This document shows, piece after piece, positions 47,201-60,273 of a stretch of 64,000 nucleotides of DNA. The position numbers were made by a program, and so were the translations under genes. The number at the start of each line of letters is the position of its first letter. The stretch's first letter is position 1. The notes below the pieces were generated by a model. It was not told the DNA's origin. It made no database searches and was given only the letters and a program-made list of their open reading frames with translations. The DNA is from Catajapyx aquilonaris (taxonomy: Eukaryota), in assembly GCA_000934665.2 (NCBI GenBank), contig KZ537982.1, forward strand, positions 124,001-188,000. The letters are read 5' to 3'.

Positions 47201-49538
47201 CCAGTCTCCCAGGAGAGAGGTTTAATGGTATCTAAGTGATGGGTTGATCACATCAGCAACCAGTTTAGAGGAAAGCAGTAAACATGGCAAATGCATTTGT
47301 CCCAGATTGTTACTTCCATGTTTGAACTGCTCGCTATATAGGAAATTCATAACCAGTAGGTTTGGAGGGCCTGATTGATTGCTGATATTGGAGGCTGTTC
47401 AAGTTCTCCTCATTATGAAAAAGATCTGCATGAGTTAACCAAATGTTGCGTATCATCCCTGACCTCTAACCAGTCTATAACTTGCAATGCACGAAGGGAC
47501 ATATTATGGAGTGTAATGCTTGACTATCACTTTCCAATTGGTGGGAAAATGTTATATGTGCCCCTTTTTCTCCCTGGCAATACTGGTCGTAGCTAGTACT
47601 ATTAAAATGTGTGCATGTATCCTGAAAAAAAATGTAATGCCTTCGTCTTACATACCGTAACATTGCGGTACAATAATGTACACCTACTAATGAAAGGGTA
47701 CAATAAACTTTCAATGCTCTTCACGAGTGATGAGACTTTAGAAGAGTTTTTCAGTCTCGCGAATTAGTATGGATGTCACTATTAGTGTCATGAGAGCGTT
47801 AAAACACCATGTAGTTAGCGATTTTGTGTACTAGACAACTGCACGTAAATGCAAAAATATGCTTGAATTTTTAAAAAAATGCTCACTGATTTCTTGAAAT
47901 GAATGCATTGCATAGGTCAAATCTGATTAGGCCTATACTTGTTGGGAAGAAATAATAGGCCCTTTCTACGCACCACATTTATCTGAATCATGTTGACTCA
48001 AAAATGACGGCACATCATCCCCTTAAATGAAAGTGCTGACCTTTTGCCATGCTTTTTAACAACACCGTTTGTCACTGCTAACTGATTTTCCACATTCTTT
48101 TCATACGCGCTTCTAAGCCTTAAAAATATTATGAGACCATACAAGCCACAGTAAATCACTTCCACTACTAATTAGCCCCCACACGAGGAGGTTGGCATGC
48201 ATTAATGAGCGTATAGAAAAAAGGTGACAGCATCGGCCATAAGAAAATATAAGGAAAAGGTCTCTGGTCATGCATCCAATCATCAGGTCAAGGGAATTTG
48301 CGAAACGACGTGCAGTTTTGACCTCGAACTTTTACTGTTTCCCTTTCCCTCTTTTTCCATTTTGTTGCTATCGGATGCCTGCACGTAAAACACGCGCGTA
48401 AAAATAATAGTGTGTACATGCTCATCCCATGAAATTTCTTATTAGGATATACGTGTCATACAAACAATCAGCATGAAATCAGTTATAAGCATTGCAAAAT
48501 ATGACCATTCATTGCATGGCTGCATTTTCTATGCACCGATAGATGCTATTAACCTGAATTGAGTGTTGTAAAATTAATGCCACTTTAAATCTTAAAAGTT
48601 CCGTTATGTAAAAAAAAAAAATGTAGTTTGGACACATTCCGTGCAATGGCGCCAAAAACTGCGAACAACTTTCTAGAATTGCAATAAGCTTCCACTAGAT
48701 GTCAGGATTTGCAGGCGGGATTGGAATAAAGGTAATTAATTATGTGCAACAATTTTATTATGACGAATATGAATATCAGCAAAAATAATATCAACAATTC
48801 GTAATGTTGAGCGAGGCCTTTGTCTGAAGGTATAGATGGCAATGAGAGTGATGATTTTTTTTTGATTTACTTACTGAATATGCAAATTCTTCTTTAATAC
48901 TGCAGTTTTATATGAGAGTCCAGGTGATTCTTTGGTGTGATTTTCCGCTTCCCAGTCATGCAGCCTATATTGTCAACGACTCTGGTACAGTACCATTGTG
49001 ATGGCTACACCAAGCAGGTGAATTATTGGCAAAAGAGGGACCTGTGAGCTCGAGGAGTCGACATCTGCAAAATATAAATTTTATTTGCTCCAAGTTGAAT
49101 AAGATAATCTGTATTATGACTAGACAGAATAAAGCTGAAGAGGGAACATGGCGGAAAACATATAGATAAGCGAAGAAACAGCTCGATTATTGACAATATT
49201 TACCACCAATGGTGTAAATAATGTCAACAATTAAAATTAATTTAAAAAACATCAATTTGTATTGTCAATCTCCAATATTTATTTCCGGAGCTATACAAAT
49301 ATTTTGATGCCATTTGTTCATCAAAATAAATAGGGTGTCATTTCTACAATAAAACCTACAAGTCAGTACAAAATGTACATCAAATCAGTTCTATAAAACA
49401 ATGAACCAGAAGCTAAACATCTAGCCGTATCAAACCCCTTGCATAATACTTTTCTGGTAAAGGAAAGATTTATCAGGCTTTTAATCAAAAAAATAGCAGC
49501 CTTTTGGGTCAAATAAATTTCTGAATTACTGTCGACCA

Positions 49539-52500
49539 TTAGGATGGGCGCTTACGACGTCTGTCTTCCGGCTGAGGCGGTGGACGACAACGTGTGTCAT
49601 CTCCATTCTCCAGAAGAGGCAGGGACTTCCAGAACCTCATACGTTGATGAGGAAAGTCTTCCTTCATTCCAAGGTCCAAGTTGAGGTTCATGTACTTCAT
49701 ACAGTTGGTCTCTAGAGGCTCCCACTGAAGCAATGAGTCGAATTCGCCAGGAGGAGTTGGGTTACTATATAGAAAGTCAGATATTAGAGTGAGGAAACTA
49801 CTCATTGGAACCATTACTTACCCATACTTGACAAAGTTGGCCCACATAGTGGTCATGATCTCAACCATTTTTCGGTCCTTTGTTCCCTGTTTAAATTCAG
49901 GGGCGATGTCCATTGTGAAGAGGTACAGCATATCATCGTGTAATGTTGGACCTGTGTAGAAACATGATTAGAAAATTGTCAGGATGCGCCAAACATGTGA
50001 TACGTACGCATGTCTGCTTCTGAGCCCCAGAAAGACTTGATAAATGTTTCTTCTCCTTCAAAAGTCAGCTTGTAGAAGAAGGTAGGTGTACCGGTTGCTG
50101 CGTGCATCCTGGCTGCGTGGTATGTCGATGAATCGTACAGGCGATCAGAGTAGAGCTAGTGTAGAAATATTTGTTAGTAAATTAATGGCTTCAGTTGATG
50201 AAAGGAAGACTTACATTGACGATCGAGTCCATGGCGTTGTTATTGATGGGATTCTTTCCGAAGTAGACTTTCCTGACCTCCCTGGTGACAGCATCCGGGT
50301 CAGACGTCCTGTCTCTGTAGTAAAAACTCAAAGGAAACAACCTCTGCGAATGTTGGTCCAGTTCCTCCAAAAGTTGCGTGTTGTTGATCAAACCTGTACC
50401 AAACAATAATTGTAGTCATTCCTCACGGATCAACAATGCTCTTTACTTCAATTTCTGACCTATAATGTCAATGGCACCATCTCGTGCGGTGTTTCCGACC
50501 ATCCAGGGCACCCTGGCAATCTGGTTCTTTTTCAGCAAAGAGAAGGGGTCTTCAGACAAGAACCTATCTGGTCCTCCTTTCTCCACAGAGGGGGCGAAGG
50601 TGCTGAACGGGGCCACATACCACTCCTGTAAATGTTGACAAACACGGTCCAATATCCAGCAGATTAGGATCGCATCCCCAAATTAAAACTCACGTGAAAG
50701 GCTGAGTACTGCTGCAGGATGTCATGGGCGCTGACTCCTTGCATACAGGTCAGCAGCTCCTGAGAGTTCTTCCATGTACAATTGAGCAACAGGCCTAATT
50801 TGACCGTCTGAAGCTGAGGTTTGACCACAAATGCGATTGGAGACAATGCAGTAGCACTTTGTGATATTGCTCTGTGGAATAATCCCTTGGACATTGGCGA
50901 GAGCATGTGGTAATGCACACTGCTTCCTCCAGCAACGTGACCAACGATGGTGACATTGGCCGGGTCTCCTCCGAAGTACGAGATGTACTTCTGCACCCAC
51001 TTAAGCGCCTCTACCTGGTCCTTCAGTCCCATATTGCCCTGAATCACATGATCTCCGGTGCTCATGAAACCTGTTCAAAAAACGAGCCACTATAGGCATG
51101 ACCAGATCATAAAAGTGCGACTCTCACTAACCTAAGGGTCCTAGACGATAGTTGACCGTAACTAGAACAATGTCATGGTCCAGAAGGTACCGGGCTCCGT
51201 AGTACTTGCTGCTACCAGTGCCCCAAATGAAGGCGCCACCATGGAAGAATACCATTACAGGTATCGATGGTGGTTGACGCCCTCCTTCACGTCTCTACAA
51301 AAGGGAAAGGGGATTCATCATGTGTGTTGTGTATACATGACCCGACATACATACCCGTGGGGTGTACACATTGAGGTACAGGCAATCTTCGTTACCAATC
51401 AGTTTTTCATCGTCGAATGGGTCAAAATGTGGGCAAGATGCCCCTTCAACACTGCCATCTCTGGTTGATTGCCATGGCTCCACTGCACGAGGAGGCTGAC
51501 AATGAAATTTTAATTAAGTTGATAGGTGGCCAAACTGGATTGAACTTCCATCTGACATATATGTGGAACATTGAACTGTATGCATGATGCATCACGTCAT
51601 AAGTTTCACTTTCAGACGCTGCCAGATCCGGTGTAGACACATGTTACGCACCCTACACTTTTTACACTTATTTTCTCATTAAATCATAACGACCTGTTTA
51701 CATCTCATCATAGAGTGAAACTTTTTTTCCCACAAGGAAAGAGGTGCAATATTGCACACAATAGATTGGCACACTTTGCCATTGTCTGTATTTTAAATTC
51801 GCGAATATTAGTGTCTGGCATTTGCGTGCACCGTGGCGACAGTACCCATGAAACATAGGGAAGGAAGTTTAAAAAAATTCTTGTCTGGGTCTTGCTTCAG
51901 GTAACAGCAAGGCCACTCCTTATTAACTCAATAATAAAGGCTGCATATGAGGTGTAAAAATAAATTAAGCGTTTAGTTCTTGGTGGATGTGCATGTGAAA
52001 GTGCATGCCTATGCGAGGTTGTGTGACCTAACCTACGAGGTCATCACTGAAACGCATCAAGTGCGACACTATGACGTGCGTGCTCGCTCTAGTGTGAATG
52101 GTACAATAAATTGTGTCACTCATTAGCAGTTACCTATCAGGACATGAGCTGGAGCGGAACATATTATGTAAAAAATTCTGAATGACAATTTTAATCAAGG
52201 ACCAATTTTTTATGAAGCAAATTTGAGCTTCTCATTACCTGCACTTTTTATCCTAATGATGACATTGGTCAGGATCTTCCTTGTCCCGGGGCAGTCCGGC
52301 CAAAGAATGCGGTAATACCCTTCCATGTAAACAAAGGTCTTTGAACGACCAAGTTGGCGGAACCACTTTTTTTTACATGCTAGAACAAGTCTGCGGAAAT
52401 TACCTATACACAAAGCAAGTTTCAAACATAGAGTTCGTGTGCATTTTAAAATCGAAAGTGAAATGGACCAAAAATTGTTTGTATTTAGATCACAGTGGGG

Positions 52501-53610
52501 CATCACAGCAGGAACTAACCAGCCATTTCCTTTGTCATTATAAATCTAGGTTGGCGATTAAAAGTTTGCGAAATATTTGCCACATGCACATGTTTTTTTT
52601 CCGGGGTCCTTTTCTCCTCGGTACATATGCCAAATTTCGACCACAATGCAAGGACTCTTCTTCAGATAAGGAGAAAGGATGCTGTTGTCCAATGCGGTAT
52701 ACTAACCATGCATAATCTGAACGTGTTGCTATTTTTAAGCACCTTCATTTACAGCTTGTGGGAATAATAATAAAAAACGGAAGGACAGGATTTTATTACT
52801 CGCGTGCAACAGCAAGTGCTGCTGTATTTTAGGATGTCACGATTTGTTTAAGGGTGGTATTTGTGGGACCCGAGGTGACCATGACACTAATGGGACCGGT
52901 TAAAGAGTGCGGTTCGAATTCGGTAGAGCCTGTACTTTTACTCGTGGTTAATACCAATGTACAGTGCTGTGTAAAAATGTCTATTGACGATGTATGCAAC
53001 TTGGCGTTTAAACAAAAAAAATGACCATGATGGCCGTAACACCCGGTGAGAAATTTACTGACGCATACAATGTAATATTTTTCACTTGAAAATGAATTTC
53101 CATCTCCCACCATTATTTTTACTCACTGTTATTCTTATTGTAAATGCAATGTATTATTTGCAAGAATCTCATCAAAGAGTGTATCCCATTTTGGCATTTA
53201 TGAGTTATTTGTACCAGTAACAGACCTGGTGCCATTTAGCCATAATGAGCCAGGAAGCCAGGATTTTCTACATTCACTAGAGTCGTAAACAAATGCAAGG
53301 TCAAATATTTGTCTTCGATTATCTCAATTAGTGGATTTCACGTTTAACTGAAGTTCACTCAAATTAGAGAAATTGAAATTATTTCACCAACCAAAAATAA
53401 TTATCTCACCATAAATCTGAGCTGGCCAACCGGTGGCCTAGCATACGGTATCCCCTTGAAGGCCAGGTAAATCCTCCCATTGGATGACCTCTCCTCTGAC
53501 CCTCTGACCGACCCCAAAGGTGTGGGCACCACCGGCTGCTCCCTTGGACTTGGCTGACCCTTGACTAGACACAAGCCAAAAGCCAGCAAGACAACCACTT
53601 TTGTCACCAT
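49539..53610 (-). CDS. Secreted carboxyl/cholinesterase-family protein 2, predicted non-catalytic
   Basis: Nine exons with the same intron positions as paralog 1: 53610-53410 (FKGIPYARPPVGQLRF), 51495-51355 (EDCLYLNVYTP), 51294-51132 (FHGGAF), 51070-50694 (GHVAGG), 50625-50460, 50393-50215, 50155-50008, 49951-49822, 49764-49539. Signal peptide; frame intact. Confidence 0.92.
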
Positions 53611-56600
53611 TGCTGTCACCTCCGGTACAACGGGTATTACGAGTGAGACACACAACCTTCGCACTGGAAGGGCAGCCGTAAAATGAGGTGAGTTTGAGCC
53701 TGGCGCCCCCCTTTTTGTTACAAACGTGTGTGTGTGTCCCTCTGGTTTGAAGAACCAACCGGGAAGGAAGTCTCGTAGGTACGGCTTTCTTTTTTTTTTC
53801 CCCCGCCCATGTAGACGTCATGGTTGGGATGACAACATGCTCCCTGGACATCATGGTCACTCTGGGTATTTGACACTGAGGGTCAGGGGGTGGGAATTGG
53901 TAACTTGTAATCATCTTGTCATTTTGGGGACAACTGAATTGCTGGGAAGTTGTGTGACCAACTAGAGGATGTCATACAATGTGTACAGAGCCAAATTCAA
54001 AATGGGTTGAATACATTCCTTTTTGTAGAATATATTGCTGACATATTGAAAGGTTTGGAAATTGAGCTGCAATTGGCCTAAATTAATATTTTTCCATGTA
54101 ATATTTCTCACGTTCAGTATACAAAACAATGGGAACACTATACAACGTAGTTATTATGGATAATTCAGATTTGACCGCCTAAAGTAATTGAGTGCCAAAG
54201 GCTCACGCGATGGGAATTCTGGCAAACCTTGAGCTCTTAGTACCGTATAGTAAATTCTGAAATTGAATTGCATGATGTAAACGGATGGTAAATAATGCAA
54301 ACCTTGAGAGTTTGTTCCTGAAATTGGGAATAAATACTATATTGCAGATCCATTTCTTTTTATTCATTAATAATGCAACAAAGTGTAACAAGAATTGTTG
54401 AAGGAATTCTCCGGTTTACTTGGAAATGTTTGCACAATTCGTGAGGTGGAATACGTCACATTGCCTTAGATAAACCTATATATGATCTGGATGTATGTTT
54501 TCCTGAGGACGTTGATCCATGGAGGAAGCACCACTTCCCATTTCTGGGACCACAAGTTTGCGGATACTGCTGATGACGTAGGCTACAAAAACAGCGTCAT
54601 TCAATGAACGTATCATTTAAGACTCAACATTTATAGCTTGTGAAATTTCTGCGTACGGTACGTGCGGAGAGTCACATAAGTGCGTTGGCAATGTAATCTT
54701 GCCTTCAATTTTCCACAACCAAATCTAGAGTAAATAAGCCATAACTTATTTCCCTGAACTAGAGCACACCCTATATCAGTCAACCCAGATCTAGATATTA
54801 CAGTTTATAATATTTCCCCCCGGGCATGTACAGGTTGAGCCATGCACATCGCTCATGTTTAGAGGTAATTAGTTCCTGTGTTCCTGGACAGATGAGAAAT
54901 GAGTGTGTACAAGTCTTCCTTATAGGAATTCCCTATTTCAAAATTCCCGTCTTTTTTGAGGTGATAATTAAGGTGGTTAAAGTGAGTCAGTCGGCACGCC
55001 TTGATAACTCTAATCTTTACAAGGCCACGTATCACAATTTAAATCTTTTCAAACATTTCGCACAATTCTGAGTATAATCCGCGTCCATATTAAAATTGCA
55101 AAGTACTAAGAAAAGGCGTGTTCGCAGTAGAAGTAGCGCACTCTTACATTGGGTATTCCCAAGAACTGTTTATGCCAAAGCTTGTTTGATTTTTTGATGC
55201 AGTTCAAATTTGAAGTATGGACTTTTCTTATAGTATGTTGTGAGTGTATCAGGAAATGCGTCGGCATGGTTTGGATATCGTGGAAGCAGTTGACATGTAG
55301 CCCCCCCTTCCTATTTCGTGACCAGAAATGCCGGCAGGCCCAATTTGGCCCGTTTGAATGGAACCAGTCAGTTGGGTAACCACTCCTTCCTATTACACCT
55401 ATTCGCGTGATGCCATTTACATGCGATCTAAATGGGAGTCGACAACAGTGTTTCGGGAAGGAATCAACATTTTTTGGGGGTGTAAGAAATAGACCTCGAA
55501 TGGCTTCAAGTACTGGACAATGCATGCATGTAACACGGTTTCCCACTGAAGTGTCCTCGTCTCTTCATAGCTCAGGGTCGGAAGGATGGGTGTTGCTGTG
55601 GATGCAAGGCAATCGTGCTGTGATTAAATGATCGCTTGAATAGGATGTGACAGGGTGTAGACGTATCAACGTGTCAAAAATGGGAGCTTATTTTGGGGTT
55701 GGTTGTATAATTGACGTCATGTTGTAGGAAAGGACAGGTGAAGCGGATGTTGAGGTGCCATACACGTGTATTATTTCATTTAAACTCTTCGCCTTTCAAT
55801 TGATCTACTTTTCTAGTTGGAAACACTTTCGATATGAACATGCCGGAAACATCGGAGAGGCTGATGATTTTCTGTGTAGCGAATGGCCTGGTTTTGTGTA
55901 GACATGCTGAAATGTGAGGGCCACTTTCATTCGAATTCTACGATACAACAATGAAACGCAATTGTTCTCACAATTGTCTAGTATCTCGCTGAGGTTTAAT
56001 CGTCACTACGTGGTCACTACATTTTCGTTTCTCTTAGCATTTGTTAGTCGTTTTATAGGTTTCTATTTTTTTTAAATCTATTAGTATTGTAGCTGTGGAC
56101 TAGAGGGAGGTTGCATATGCATGAGTAGCTTGACTTACATCGCCATCTGGAAGATGCAAATTGTACTTTCAGAGAGAATAAAAAAGTCAAGGACAACCGC
56201 ACCTGACGTACAGTGCAAAAAGGTGTACATCCGTAACTCTGCACCCACACATCAAAACCTGCACTTCGTGTGTTGCACAGAGTAACTTCTGCTATCGATA
56301 TTTTATTATCGTGCTATGATGTTTTAGTACACCTTGAAGTAAATATTTGTCACTTATTGCATCTAGAGTTATTACAAAAGCACGTGTCTACTATTAGCTT
56401 TATGTTTCAATAGCATTACACTAAAGTTTATTACATTGTAGGCCTATATTTGTGTCATCTTTTCCTATATTTATTCATCGTAAACTACTCATTCTACGGG
56501 GAAATACCAAATTGTTGTTGTTGTTGTGTGAGCAGTCAGATTTATAACGCAACTTTTCAGAACTAGCAGGGGGGGGGGGNAACCAGACGCGCATATACAG

Positions 56601-56636
56601 GTTTATACCATTCACCGAGGCCATCGGTTTGACAAA

Positions 56637-57493
56637 ATGAAGATTTCGGCTCTAACATTCGGAACCATTCTGGTGTTGTCAGGAACTCTGGCAGCACCTA
56701 CTGAAGACTGGAGCACCTGCAATGAAAAGGGCCATTGGTACAGATTGGACATCGAATCTGGAGAGTTCTTGGAGACTGGTAAGAAGACATCATGCGGCCA
56801 GAACATGATTTTCTACATGCTAGAAGGTAACGACACTCACGGCATGTGTGATTGCGACTACAACCATGAGTGTGGGAATAACTTGCTCTACTGGCCCAAC
56901 CACAATCAATGCTATTGGATGCACCAACAGGTCAGTTTGTACACACTACAAGTCTCACCACTAATGGTTCGTATAATTATTATTATTATCAGGGTCCATG
57001 TGCGGATGGAGAATGGTTAACAGTTGACGACAATGGTGAGGCTCTGTGCGAACCGGATCCATGCCCAGGACACAGCAAAACTGGTGACCACGCTAGCCCT
57101 TTCTTCAGATGGTCAGACGGAGAGTGCTATCCTTTACATAAACAAGGACCGTGTCCAGAAAAGTACATTTTGTGGAAAGATGCTGATGAATTCTCGCCTA
57201 AATGTAAGGAAGGTGCAGCTTGTTCCATAGCCTTTCCTGGAGTTGCACCATGCAGGCTGGGACACCGGGTTGTGTCTATTGGAAAATGCAGTTTGACGAA
57301 TGGTAAGGCTGATAATTTTGGGGATTTATGTCGCACAGGCACAGCAAATAGCCAACTTGGTTTTGTCTGCATAGTATATAGAGACATGAATGTGCACGTG
57401 ATTTATTCTCTGAAGGTCAGCAAGTACCTGTATTTCAAGAATTTGACACTTCTATTGCGTCATAATTTGTGTAAGACGCCTATAAATAATTAG
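56637..57493 (+). CDS. Cys-rich secreted DUF4789-like protein A1; stop codon deleted, possibly decaying
   Basis: Exons 56637-56930 and 56993-57493; signal peptide; two CY-x4-QGPC modules; highly similar to A2 but with Cys2->Phe and a 70-bp deletion at 57333/57334. Confidence 0.75.
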
Positions 57494-57595
57494 CTATCGC
57501 TTGTTGTTCCTGGAAGTGGGATGCATAATCAGTTTTTAAGAGGTTTAGATTAGGGATACCGAGCTCAATAGTTACAGTCTGAAGTTTGAAAACAA

Positions 57596-58364
57596 ATGGA
57601 GGTTCATCCAGGAGCTGCCTTGTTGCTTCTCACTTGTGCTGTTCTAGTCACCGGCGCCCCTCAGGTGACGCACCCTACAAAGTGTTCCAATTATCTCCAA
57701 CGTCGAGATCCGACAAGTGGTAAATGCATCGACACGGGTGTTGGCACAGAAGGGAATCCTTGCAGGGGAGCCAACATGGCGTTTGTGACACTGGACAACT
57801 TGGGAGAGGAAGTGTACGGCGGCTGCGATTGCAACAATTGGGAGGAGTGCCATTATCGCTTGATCTATTATCCCAAGACAGATTCGTGTTACTTTATGCA
57901 CACCCAGGTGACTTATTTGCTCATAGCCTCACCGTAGTAATGTGGTAGTAATCTTGTAGAATTCATGCTATTCTTCACAGGGTCCATGTCGCCGAGGAGA
58001 ATGGTTCACCTTCAACAGGCAGGGTGATGCAGGCGAATGCAGACCCAATCTCTGCCCTGGATACGACACCGAAAATGACCTGTATTTTCCATGGCCCGAT
58101 GGCAAATGTTACCCCCAGGCGCATGAGGGACATCCTTGCCCGGACGGTTATAATTTGTTTATGCCAAGAGGTGGCTCGTTTCCGTCATGTGGCGAAGGTG
58201 TTGTTTGTCCAGCTGTCCTTCCTGTGCCAGTCGCTTGTCACCCTGGGCACCGTTATGATCATCTTGGTAAATGTTCCAAAACATTTACAAATCATGGAGT
58301 CGAAGACCTATGTGGGGGAGGCACGCGATGGCATCCGATTAGGCAAGCATGTGTGAAAGAATGA
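57596..58364 (+). CDS. Cys-rich secreted DUF4789-like protein B1 (18 Cys in mature chain)
   Basis: Exons 57596-57907 and 57981-58364; phase-0 intron splits Q|GPC as in the other intact paralogs; signal peptide; ends WHPIRQACVKE*. Confidence 0.85.
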
Positions 58365-58560
58365 ACTTGATCTAAGCACAGTTATTAGTCATGTTACTTC
58401 TGATAACTATAATGACATTTTCGTTCAGGCACAAGTGTTGCTCCATTAATGTAGTAAACGTGTATGAGTAATAAACTTTCTAATATGTATGTAACTATGT
58501 ATTAGTTTGGTTCACACTAACTGATGGGTGGTTGACCTATGTACACGTACAGTACACACA

Positions 58561-58773
58561 TATCTGATTGTGAAGGAAGGAAGTACTTACCCTACATGTG
58601 TGAAAGGAGGCGTATGTCCAGTGGCCTACCCCCTACCTGCGGCTTGCTTTCCAGGCCATCGCCTGGATCATCTTGGCCAGTGCAAGAAGACTTACAAAAA
58701 TCCAGAACATTCAGATTTGTGCAGCGATGGATCTCGCTGGCATCCGATTAGGCAGGCATGCGTTAAACAATAA
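58561..58773 (+). pseudogene. Orphan 3' fragment of a B-type Cys-rich gene
   Basis: Encodes ...CVKGGVCPVAYPLPAACFPGHRLDHLGQCKK...RWHPIRQACVKQ*, colinear with the B1 C-terminus; no exon 1, no first half of exon 2, and no in-phase acceptor seen. Confidence 0.75.
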
Positions 58774-59462
58774 CTAATATTGGCATTTGAAAATTTAGAT
58801 TAATAATTGAACATTTGATGTCATAAAAATAAATGACAAAACACGTCTAAAAATTATTATATTACGTAGGTGATGGTTTGTGTTAAAAATCCTACCTACC
58901 CACTAGAATCGCTGCAATTATTGAAGCAACTAAATGTCACAATGTTGATGTAACCAAACGTAACCCTAGATGTAAACATGGCACAGAAAATAATTCAGTT
59001 GTTTGGGGCAAAAATCGATTGTTACCATGATTGTTACTTTCGCCCCAGACAATTATTGGATTCTTCGCTCAGCGATACCATCGCTGATCGAATCGCTCAC
59101 GTGTAAAATCGGATTAATTATCCTTCATGATCATTACTAAATATGTCCAATAATGAGGCGAGGTATACAGAGCCAAAAATAAGTTACTGTCACTGCACTG
59201 AATGCTGGAAGGAACTTTGCAAGCAGTTTGTTGAAGGTTACAGGAGAACTGGTAGGTCTTGGAACATAACTTATTTATGCGAGACCTTGCACAAGTTGAC
59301 AACAAGTTACGACCAGATTCAGGATTGCAGCTGAATAGCAAATAAAATATACCAACTTGGTGGTGTTACGCGATAGACCAAAGAATATATTACGCAAGAA
59401 GATCACCTGGTCGGAATCCTTCAACGCGACAGTTCCCATTTCTTAGCCAGTGTATCAGCAAT

Positions 59463-59820
59463 ATGGAGGCTGCAATAATTTGTCTTCTCGCTCTTGTGGC
59501 ACTGACCAGTGGTGTTCCTATTAACATGGAAGTGGAGGAATGTTCAGATCCTCTGGAACGCCGTGACCCTGCGTCTGGTCGGTGTGCAATTGCTGGTGAA
59601 AGAGGTAAAGATAACCCTTGCAAAGGAGCTAATATGGTCCTTGTTACTCTGGATCACTTGGGAGACCATGTGTATGGGGCATGTGACTGCGACAACTTTA
59701 ACGAGTGTTCTCGGCGACTCATGTACTGGCCCAATACAAATTCCTGCTACTTCATGCATAGTCAAGTAAGTCATGCTCTGCTTTTATCAGCATTATTTTT
59801 TCCCGTGTATAATAGGACCT
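59463..59820 (+). pseudogene. B-type Cys-rich gene B': intact exon 1, exon 2 lost after the GP codons
   Basis: Exon 1 59463-59765 (signal peptide, RRDPASGRC, NPCKGANM, CDC, CYFMHSQ|GTAAGT). GGACCT (Gly-Pro) at 59815-59820 is followed by unrelated sequence. Confidence 0.7.
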
Positions 59821-59871
59821 ATAGACCTGTCCAGCGAAGACTACAAGATTCGCATCAAGCGTGATCAACCC

Positions 59872-60273
59872 GAAGGAGGAGGAGGCGGAGGAGAAAAGGA
59901 AGAAGAAGGAGAAGAATATGAAGAAGACGAATGTGAAGAAGGAGAAGAATGCGAAGAAGAAGAATATGAAGAAGAAGAATATGAAGAAGAAGAATGTGAA
60001 GAAGGAGAAGAATGTAAAGGAGAAGAATGTGAAGAAGGAGAAGAATGTGAAGGAGAAGAATATGAAGAAGAAGAATGTAAAGAAGGAGACGAATGTGAAG
60101 GAGAAGAATATGAAGGAGAAGAATGTGAAGGAGAAGAATGTGAAGAAGAAGGAGAAGAATATGAATACGGAGAATGAGAAGAACATGAAGAAGGGGAAGG
60201 AGAAGCGGAAGTGGAAGAACTAGGAGAAGGAAAAGGAGGAGGAGGAGGAGAAGAAGAAGAAGAAGAAAAGAAG
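59872..60273 (+). repeat. Purine-rich minisatellite (GAAG(A/G)AGAAGAAT(G/A)T-like 15/18-bp units)
   Basis: Tandem degenerate units reading EEGEEC/EEEEY in one frame and KKEKNV in another. Confidence 0.9.

Noticed and set aside
55106..55631. Overlapping ORFs upstream of the Cys-rich cluster
   Set aside because: No signal peptide or QGPC module; possibly degraded transposon, unsupported.
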